This document shows positions 1-7,519 of a stretch of DNA of 62,012 nucleotides, piece after piece (position 1 is the first letter of the stretch; the number at the start of each line of letters is the position of its first letter). Below the pieces are notes generated by a model. The model worked only from the letters and a program-made list of their open reading frames with translations, did not search any database and was not told the DNA's origin. Location: NCBI GenBank assembly GCA_027066435.1, contig JAMONX010000156.1:1-62012 (forward strand), given 5' to 3'. This stretch comes from Campylobacterales bacterium (GTDB taxonomy: Bacteria > Campylobacterota > Campylobacteria > Campylobacterales > QNZT01). A program made the translations under genes and the position numbers.

Positions 1-76
1 ATAACTTTTTACTAAAATTTTAAATTTTTCAAGAAACAATAAGGAACTTTGAGTTAAAATCCACTCTCAAATTTGT

Positions 77-154
77 GGCAAGGTAGCTCAGCTGGTTTAG
101 AGCGCTGGTCTCATAAGCCGGAGGTCGTGAGTTCAAGTCTCACTCTTGTCACCA
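77..154 (+). tRNA. tRNA with CAU anticodon (elongator tRNA-Met or lysidine-type tRNA-Ile2), CCA encoded
   Basis: Cloverleaf folded by hand: acceptor GGCAAGG/TCTTGTC (two G-U pairs), D arm TAGCTCAGCTGGTTTAGAGC, anticodon stem CTGGT/GCCGG with loop CTCATAA, T arm GTGAG-TTCAAGT-CTCAC, discriminator A plus CCA. Confidence 0.85.
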
Positions 155-455
155 TTGAATTTGAATCTACATTACTTGTTTTCCAATAACTTTAAATAAC
201 TTTATTTTTTACTTGACTGAAACTTTTGTTTTTATAGGCTTGTGAGTTGGAGGTCTTTTGGCACGGTTTTGTCCCTCTTTCTACTTGTTGCAATTTTAGA
301 TTAATATTTTCAAATTTTAATGAGTAAAAAATAACCTCTTAAATATTGAATTATTTTTACTTTTATAAGTTATTAAAGATTAAATACCATTAATTCAATT
401 ATAAAGTAATACCAATACTCATAGTTTTTGGTTTAAGTTTTGAAATATTTTTAGA

Positions 456-461
456 TATAAT
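456..461 (+). promoter_or_regulatory. Possible -10 box (TATAAT) 9 nt upstream of the MBL gene start; would imply a near-leaderless mRNA
   Basis: Exact TATAAT at 456-461. No Shine-Dalgarno between it and ATG 471. AT-rich background makes chance matches common. Confidence 0.2.
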
Positions 462-470
462 CTTAATATT

Positions 471-1538
471 ATGGCTATTAAACCAAAGATTACATTTTTA
501 CCAGTTGATAACGGAGATAGTATAGTTATTATGATTGATGACTTTACTATAGTTATTGATGGTGGTTTGGCAAATAAATATAAAACTTTAAAGAGTTATC
601 TTGTTTCAAATAAAATAAAAAATATAGATTTATTAATTCTCACTCATTCAGACCGTGATCATATAGGAGGGATAATTTCCCTGATAAAAAACTCAGATTT
701 TAATGTAGAAAGCGTATGGTTTAATTCTTATGATAAGTTGTCTCAGATGTTTAATAAAATAAAAGACACATCACAAGATATTTCAATTGGAAGTTTTACT
801 AATGAAATTAGTTTTGCAAAAGCAAAAACATTAAGTAGTTTGCTAGACGAACAAAATAAAAACTACCTATCCATTTATAATGAAAAATTTGAAAAATTTG
901 AACATTGCATCGGAGATTTGAAATTTATATTTTTATCCCCAAGTAAAAAGGTTTTGTTTGATTTATATGAAAAATGGTCAATAGAAGATAGCAAAACTAG
1001 AAATAGAGAGATTTCTTATGCATCCAAAGAGTTTAGAACGATTGAAAACTATGCAAAAGACTTAGAAAGCTGTAAAGCAGATACTTCTATACAAAATGCA
1101 TCTAGTATTGCTTTTATTTTAGAGTACAAAAATAGTAGTTTTTTATTATTGGGTGACGCACATATAGATGTAATTGTAGAAAGTTTAAAAAATCAAAACT
1201 ATAGTCAAGATAATAAGCTTAAAGTTAATTTCGTAAAATTATCTCATCATGGAAGTAGCGCAAATATTAATCAAGATTTTTTAGATATTATAGAGACTAA
1301 TAAGTATGTTATCAGCACAAATGGAAAAAGCCATAATCATCCTGATATAGAAGCTTTATCTCTTTTGATAGTTGAAGCGAAATTAAAAAATAAGAAGATA
1401 GAGTTATGTTTTAATTACCCTAATCATGTATATGGTAATGAAAAAAATATACTAAAAGACAAAGATAATCAAGACTCATATGGTTACATATTGAATTTTG
1501 CGGCAAGCAGTAATGAAGGATATACAATTGAGTTTTAA
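471..1538 (+). CDS. ComEC-C-terminal-type metallo-beta-lactamase fold hydrolase (probable nuclease), stand-alone
   Basis: N-terminus ITFLPVDNGDSIVI, metal motif LTHSDRDHIGG (HxDxDH variant typical of ComEC/Rec2-type MBL domains), later GDAH and KLSHHGS motifs. 355 aa. Confidence 0.75.
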   Translation: MAIKPKITFLPVDNGDSIVIMIDDFTIVIDGGLANKYKTLKSYLVSNKIKNIDLLILTHSDRDHIGGIISLIKNSDFNVESVWFNSYDKLSQMFNKIKDTSQDISIGSFTNEISFAKAKTLSSLLDEQNKNYLSIYNEKFEKFEHCIGDLKFIFLSPSKKVLFDLYEKWSIEDSKTRNREISYASKEFRTIENYAKDLESCKADTSIQNASSIAFILEYKNSSFLLLGDAHIDVIVESLKNQNYSQDNKLKVNFVKLSHHGSSANINQDFLDIIETNKYVISTNGKSHNHPDIEALSLLIVEAKLKNKKIELCFNYPNHVYGNEKNILKDKDNQDSYGYILNFAASSNEGYTIEF

Positions 1539-4500
1539 TTGTGATGATGTAAAAGAATTGGCTGTCAAGATAAGCTATATTGCCAACAAAGAAAATGCAA
1601 GAGAAAGTTCTGGTGTTATTGTTAGACCTAAAAATGAGACAGATTACTTTTTTGTATTGACTGCTAAACATTCTTTTAAAGAGAATGATGAACAAGCTTT
1701 TAATGATGTCAATGTCGAGAAGTTGAAGTTAACTAATATTACAGTTATTCATGAAGAAAACAAGAATCTAAGACCTTTTAAAATTATCGATACAGAGTTT
1801 GATTTAGTAGTTTTAGTAATCAAAAATTCTTTTTGTGTAGAGAATAATCTAGCGACTACAAAAATCTTAGATGGACAATTTATAGAATGTGGATTATTTG
1901 GGTATCCAAACATAGCTGAAGGTGATTTAGATTGTCTTAAATGCACTTATTTGATGAGTCAAAATAACAATGAATACCAAATTGAGTCGAATAAGACACT
2001 TCATAGTTCCTATAAAGATGAAGTTGAAACAACTAAAGGATTCTCTGGTAGTGGGGTGTTTACACAAGTTAATGATAAATATTTACTTGCCGGTATTATA
2101 AGTGAGGTAGTTCCCCATAGAGGTTCTTTTAAGTGCATTAACCTTAGTTATGTATTAAGTAAAATATCTTTAGAAAAATATGGTGGCATTGAAACAATAT
2201 CATTAGAGTCACCAAGCACAAAGGTGCATATAAAACTACATCAAAGTCAAAACCATTTAGACATAGAACAACTTAAGATGATTATAGGAGAAGATGTCAC
2301 TAAAGAGCTCGAAAGATTCAAAGAAGAAAGTTTAAATGGAATAGAGAAAAGGATGAGAGAGTGGATTTCAGAAATAAAAAAATCACAAAAATGGAAATCA
2401 GTAGATGACACTATAAAGTCAGAAATACTTTATGAAGAGGTGAAACTATTAATCTCTGACAACAAGTTAGAAGATGCACACTTAACTATAAAAGAAATAA
2501 GAATATTGAATCCTTCAAGATATACAAATAGGCTTATGTCTTGGATTGAAATTCAGAATGGTAATTTGCCTAAAGCTGTTGCATTGCTAGATAATAATGA
2601 AACAAGTACCCTAAACCAAAAGGCAGCTATTTATATCGAAATGCGTGACTACAATAAGGCTAAGAGTGCTATAGGAAGTATTGCAATAGAAGACAGAGAC
2701 TATGAAACTTATAGAATTAAAGCAATATACGAACTCTATAAAAATGAAGAAAACCTCTTGCAGGCATTAAAAGAAATAAATAAGTCATTGGAACTAAACA
2801 CACATTACTTGGAGTCTATGAGGGTTAAGGCTATTATTCTTTTTTATCAAGCTACATTGTTTACTGTTGTTTCTAGTCTAGTTCCACCTATTGCTCAAAA
2901 AAATATGCTAAAAATTGATGCAAAAAGTCAAGAGAAGATACAGTTATCTAAAAAATTACTTAGTGAAGTTATAGAAAAATGCTCTGAGTATAGAGATAAA
3001 ACTTGGATAGTTACTATACTTATGTTATTAGATATAGATGAAGCTATAAAATATATTAAGCAAATATATAAGGATGAAACCTATAAGATAATTGCTCTTC
3101 AATTTATTGTAATGCACAATTTAGATATTGACATCGAAAAAGATATAAAAGCTATAGAGTCAGTAAAACCTTCTGATTTGCATATCATAGATACAATTAT
3201 TAAATATTATTATATTAAGCAAAATAAAGAAAAGTTATTTGATTTATTAAAAAAATATAAAGATGTTTATACTAAATATAATCAATTAGATAATTGGAAT
3301 GAAGTTTATTTTAATGCATTATTGAAATTTGAATTGTATTCAGATGCACATGATTTTATTGATAAAAATCAATTGATTGAAAAAGATGAAGCAAAAGCCA
3401 ATATTTACATGCTTACAAATGATTATAAATCTGCTTGTGCTATATATGAAAAACTATTTAAAGAAACTAGCAATCCTAATTATCGTCTGATTATTTGTGA
3501 AATAAAAGCATCGGAAAATGATTGGGAGTATATTACCAAATATACTGATTATTTGATAGAAAATTTTCAAACTGAAAAAGTTGTTGAGTTAGTTGTTTAT
3601 GCTGAAAGAAACTGTAATAATTGTAACAAAGCAAAAGAACTTATAGAGTTTTGGTCAACTAAAATAAAAAATTCATACATAATTAATAATTTTCATAAAA
3701 TTAAAGCATACTGTGAGGATAAAGCGGGTTTTCCTTATAAAGCTATATCTATATTTGAAAAACATGATTTAATAAAAACAAATCAAGATATATTGAGTTT
3801 GGCACAGCTTTATAAAAAAACAGGTTCTGATGAAAAGATAGAAAGTTTAATAATCAAACATAAAGATAATCAAGATATTGATATCAATACAAAAATTCAA
3901 ATTGCATCAATGACAAAGAATAGTCCAGTAATATTGAAAAGTATAATCAGACATAATGATATTGATAATATTGATAAATCACTAGCACTCACACTTTTAA
4001 TGGCAGATATTCAATTTGATGAAAGTATTTTCAATGCCGTTTTTGGGAAAAAAGTATCTCAAGATTTGCAAGATTTATCAAATGATGAAAATTCACAAAT
4101 ATGGATGATGAACACAAACGATATTATACCTTTTATTGCTGAACAAAAGAGACAAAGTGCCTACATGTATAATTTATATAGACAATCAAAAGTACCAGTT
4201 CACTTGGCAGAATATATCTTAGTACAGAATATGCATATATATATTAGGAGTGCAAAAAAGTTTCATTTTACTAATATAGAAAATATTAAAGATACAATAC
4301 TTTATTTGGATGTAACTTCTGTAATATTACTTTTTCAATTAAAAAAACTTGAAAAAGTTCTTAACACATTTTCAAAAGTATTCCTTCCAGCTAATATATT
4401 TTATATATTAGAAGACCTTCAAGTGAAAGAAGATTTAGTCAATATAATCAAAATAAATTTTGAACTAGGTAAATTGTTTTATTGTGAAGAGCTAAAAAAC

Positions 4501-7284
4501 CCTAAGGCTATTGATAAAGAAAATCCATCCAATACTTTATTGTCATTATTAAATATATTAGAAATAGAAGAAGATGCTATAGTTTGTGTTGATGATAGAC
4601 TTACTAATAATTTTCAAACAACGACAAATAGACAAACCATAATAGGTATAAATGATATCTTATTCTCTTTTTATAAGCAAAAAATAATTAATGAAGATGA
4701 CTACTATCTAACTCTTTTAGAGATGAGAAAAAAAGATTATCTTTATATTTTAATTACTTCAAAGGAAATTATATATCATCTTAAAAGATGCGATATTAGA
4801 AATGATGAATTAAAAGAGAGCGATAATCTTAAAATATTAAAAAAGTCATTATCCTTTATGGTAAAAAATTTTAAATATCTTAAATCATTTACACAAGAAG
4901 AAATGCAAAGTAGTCGATATGCAGAACCTTTTTTTGTAACAAATCAAGAAAGAGAGATTCATGACAGTATTATCCAACTATTTAATGAAAAATTTGAATA
5001 TAATGATGATAGATATATCTATTTAAACTGGATATTGAAAAATATATTTTCCGTAAATATGTCATATCTTACAATAAAAAAACTACCTCACAATATTGAT
5101 ATAACAAAGACGATGAGTGCAATAAGTATATCAAGTTTATTTGTACAAGCTATTCGAATTACATCTATATCTAGTCAGAAATCATATTTTGATTGGGTCT
5201 ATCATAATTATTTTGATATATTTTTTAGCATAAATCAAGATATATTTGAAGGGTCTATTAATTTTATACAAAATTTTATTACTCATGATCTTATTAAAGA
5301 AAACTCATCAAAAGAAGAGAAATTTATAGTAGGAAACCTTATTACAAATTTTCCACCAAGAATAAAAGAGCGAATAGTTGGTAATAATAAAATACTTGAT
5401 TCCCTAATGTTACATAAGATTATAAGCATTAGAAATCTAAAATTTGACGATAATGATTTTACTGCCAGCATAAAACAAGTAATTAATGGTGGTAGGCAAA
5501 AAACAATAAAAACAGTTGATGAGAAGAATGAAATAATTTTACTTAAAGCTAAAACAATAAAAGGAGAAGAAGAGATAGAGTTTATACATGATGGAAAAAT
5601 TGAATATATGGATGATGTATTTAAAATTTTATCAACATCGCCATTGAAACGAATAAAACTCTGTGAAAATAATCCTAAATGGTTTAATATGTCAGATAAA
5701 AATAAAGAAGTAAGCATAGAGAAACTAAATTCTATAAAAATTCATCAAGATCGACTTGAAGAGCTATACAAAGTAATTGATAACTCATACTTTTATAAAA
5801 ATATTGGTGATAAACTCAAATCTAAAAAGCTCGATTTTCAAGATCTATGCCCTGAAAATATTAATACTCTATTGAATCACTTTAGGTTAGATCAAGATTT
5901 ATCATTTGATAAAGCATTGGACTTGTCAATAGAAACGTTGTTAAGTGAGAAGCAAATTACTGAAGTTATTGATACAGTTCATCATTTTCCTGTATTATTT
6001 CCAAGTAAAATAATTGATATATTATCCAAAAAAAATAATCAGGAGCAGATGCAACTTATAAAACAATTCCTAAAGACATCTAATTCACCAATATCTATTA
6101 TTCAGATGATGCGAGTATTATTGGAAGTTGATGCAGAAAGATTCAGTTTTATTATAAGGTATTTATTAAAACAATTATTTTCGAAAAAATTCAAATTAGA
6201 AATCAGAGCTTTTTTTGAACTATTAAACTATATAAAACAAGAATTTAATAGAAGATATAGAGATTTAAATAATGAAATAAAATTAATTTTAATTTGGGCT
6301 CATACAAATAAGCTTATGAAATTTTTCAATGCATATAATGTGAGTTCTGAATGGATGATTAAAGAGTTTAAGCAACGATCAAGTATACCAACAATTGAGA
6401 TTTTTAAAACAGATTATGACTACAGTAAAGATGTTTTAAATGATACATTTAATTATGAGAGATTTTTAGTTTCATCTGTTTGCTATATCTACAATAATGA
6501 CTTTTCAAAAGCTCAAGGTACTTTTGCAAAAAACAAAATTGAAAAATTAGTTGATGGTTATAATAACAGTTTGGATTTTATTTGCCTAAATGTATCAATG
6601 CCAAATGCTACAGGTACATTCTTGCAAGTTGAAGATATGAGTATTTTATCTAGTTTTCCAACTTTAGAAAAATCCTTAAATGCAATAGATGATTTTGTCT
6701 TGAACTCTTGGGAACATAGTATAATCCCATTAAATTTAATGTCTTTAAAATATAATACAAATAAACTTAACAATATTATAGAAGATAAACTAGTTGAATA
6801 TATAAAAAACTATAGGTCAAATAATTCTAGATTTATAGATATCAAATTTAGTAAGTCAAAAGATATATATTTTCAAAATTACTATATTAAAAAATTTAAT
6901 ATACAAAAATGGAATAAAAATATTAACAGCACACATATGATTTTACTTGACTTATTATTTATGATAAAGCAGCTAAAAAATATTGAAGATAAAAATGTTT
7001 CAAAAAAGGTAGAAAAATCACTTATTGATATATCTAATGATATAAGGACAGAAAATGAAGCAGGTGCTTTATTTGAAGCACTTATATATTTATCCACCTA
7101 TCGAAAAGATGATCTAAAATCTAGAGTCAAATTATTTGTGAAATATATACATATTTGTAAAAAACTGCAAGAGTTTGATGCAATTTCACGAATAATAAAT
7201 GTACTTTTAACTCATCTTCCTATGGAATATGCTAATTGTTTTTTATTGGAAAAATTTGAAAATATGTATGAAAATACAATTTAA
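1513..7284 (+). CDS. Giant multidomain protein: N-terminal trypsin-like (PA-clan S1) serine protease, TPR-like helical repeats, possible PIN-like segment, long uncharacterised alpha-helical C-terminal region
   Basis: Uninterrupted ORF. The track start at 1498 is TTG; the first ATG is 1513. It overlaps the MBL gene end (1538). Protease triad motifs: VLTAKHSF (His codon 1669-1671), FDLVVLVI (Asp 1801-1803), GFSGSGVF (Ser 2044-2046). No GxxxxGK[ST] seen anywhere in the protein. Confidence 0.8.
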   Translation: MKDIQLSFNCDDVKELAVKISYIANKENARESSGVIVRPKNETDYFFVLTAKHSFKENDEQAFNDVNVEKLKLTNITVIHEENKNLRPFKIIDTEFDLVVLVIKNSFCVENNLATTKILDGQFIECGLFGYPNIAEGDLDCLKCTYLMSQNNNEYQIESNKTLHSSYKDEVETTKGFSGSGVFTQVNDKYLLAGIISEVVPHRGSFKCINLSYVLSKISLEKYGGIETISLESPSTKVHIKLHQSQNHLDIEQLKMIIGEDVTKELERFKEESLNGIEKRMREWISEIKKSQKWKSVDDTIKSEILYEEVKLLISDNKLEDAHLTIKEIRILNPSRYTNRLMSWIEIQNGNLPKAVALLDNNETSTLNQKAAIYIEMRDYNKAKSAIGSIAIEDRDYETYRIKAIYELYKNEENLLQALKEINKSLELNTHYLESMRVKAIILFYQATLFTVVSSLVPPIAQKNMLKIDAKSQEKIQLSKKLLSEVIEKCSEYRDKTWIVTILMLLDIDEAIKYIKQIYKDETYKIIALQFIVMHNLDIDIEKDIKAIESVKPSDLHIIDTIIKYYYIKQNKEKLFDLLKKYKDVYTKYNQLDNWNEVYFNALLKFELYSDAHDFIDKNQLIEKDEAKANIYMLTNDYKSACAIYEKLFKETSNPNYRLIICEIKASENDWEYITKYTDYLIENFQTEKVVELVVYAERNCNNCNKAKELIEFWSTKIKNSYIINNFHKIKAYCEDKAGFPYKAISIFEKHDLIKTNQDILSLAQLYKKTGSDEKIESLIIKHKDNQDIDINTKIQIASMTKNSPVILKSIIRHNDIDNIDKSLALTLLMADIQFDESIFNAVFGKKVSQDLQDLSNDENSQIWMMNTNDIIPFIAEQKRQSAYMYNLYRQSKVPVHLAEYILVQNMHIYIRSAKKFHFTNIENIKDTILYLDVTSVILLFQLKKLEKVLNTFSKVFLPANIFYILEDLQVKEDLVNIIKINFELGKLFYCEELKNPKAIDKENPSNTLLSLLNILEIEEDAIVCVDDRLTNNFQTTTNRQTIIGINDILFSFYKQKIINEDDYYLTLLEMRKKDYLYILITSKEIIYHLKRCDIRNDELKESDNLKILKKSLSFMVKNFKYLKSFTQEEMQSSRYAEPFFVTNQEREIHDSIIQLFNEKFEYNDDRYIYLNWILKNIFSVNMSYLTIKKLPHNIDITKTMSAISISSLFVQAIRITSISSQKSYFDWVYHNYFDIFFSINQDIFEGSINFIQNFITHDLIKENSSKEEKFIVGNLITNFPPRIKERIVGNNKILDSLMLHKIISIRNLKFDDNDFTASIKQVINGGRQKTIKTVDEKNEIILLKAKTIKGEEEIEFIHDGKIEYMDDVFKILSTSPLKRIKLCENNPKWFNMSDKNKEVSIEKLNSIKIHQDRLEELYKVIDNSYFYKNIGDKLKSKKLDFQDLCPENINTLLNHFRLDQDLSFDKALDLSIETLLSEKQITEVIDTVHHFPVLFPSKIIDILSKKNNQEQMQLIKQFLKTSNSPISIIQMMRVLLEVDAERFSFIIRYLLKQLFSKKFKLEIRAFFELLNYIKQEFNRRYRDLNNEIKLILIWAHTNKLMKFFNAYNVSSEWMIKEFKQRSSIPTIEIFKTDYDYSKDVLNDTFNYERFLVSSVCYIYNNDFSKAQGTFAKNKIEKLVDGYNNSLDFICLNVSMPNATGTFLQVEDMSILSSFPTLEKSLNAIDDFVLNSWEHSIIPLNLMSLKYNTNKLNNIIEDKLVEYIKNYRSNNSRFIDIKFSKSKDIYFQNYYIKKFNIQKWNKNINSTHMILLDLLFMIKQLKNIEDKNVSKKVEKSLIDISNDIRTENEAGALFEALIYLSTYRKDDLKSRVKLFVKYIHICKKLQEFDAISRIINVLLTHLPMEYANCFLLEKFENMYENTI

Positions 7285-7469
7285 ATCTTTGCCTTAGTGA
7301 CAGTTACTTTTATAGTTTAAAAACACTATTATAAATATGCTGATACATTTGATGAGCATGAATTTTTATCGTTTTAGAATATGTTTATTCTATGATTTGG
7401 AGAGTAGGGGAGTTTTTGTCATGATTTTGTCCCTTTTTTTAATACCCAATCCTAACTATCAAATTCAAA

Positions 7470-7478
7470 TGCTATAAT
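7470..7478 (+). promoter_or_regulatory. Candidate extended -10 promoter element (TGcTATAAT) for the hsdMSR operon
   Basis: TGCTATAAT at 7470-7478, 41 nt upstream of the hsdM ATG (7520). Confidence 0.35.
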
Positions 7479-7519
7479 AACTTAAAATAATTTTAATAAA
7501 ATGAAATGGTTTATCTCAC

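Noticed and set aside
259-273. Sigma-54-like promoter TGGCACGGTTTTGTC upstream of the MBL/giant operon
   Set aside because: The -24 TGGCAC is perfect, but the position where the invariant -12 GC should fall reads TC (TGTC instead of TTGC). The second copy of the repeated element (7411-7432) lacks the GG. Treated as part of the repeated element rather than as a promoter call.
155-470. 316-nt non-coding gap after the tRNA, checked for an integrase remnant or small RNA
   Set aside because: No extended reading frame or recognisable recombinase motif in any frame by eye. The only notable content is the repeated element reported separately.
1498-1512. TTG start at 1498 for the giant ORF, as given in the track
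   Set aside because: The first five codons precede an ATG at 1513 and neither site has a clear RBS. I chose the ATG; the choice does not affect the interpretation, since both starts overlap the MBL gene.
5283-5717. Antisense ORFs inside large genes: 5283-5717, 6558-6773, 6882-7097, 7796-8236, 12412-12762, 18113-18466, 49360-49764, 53147-53500, 60268-60657, and other short track ORFs embedded in annotated genes
   Set aside because: All lie wholly within longer ORFs that have clear family motifs on the other strand or in another frame. Their compositions are typical of shadow frames (Ser/Leu/Phe/Ile-rich, low complexity).
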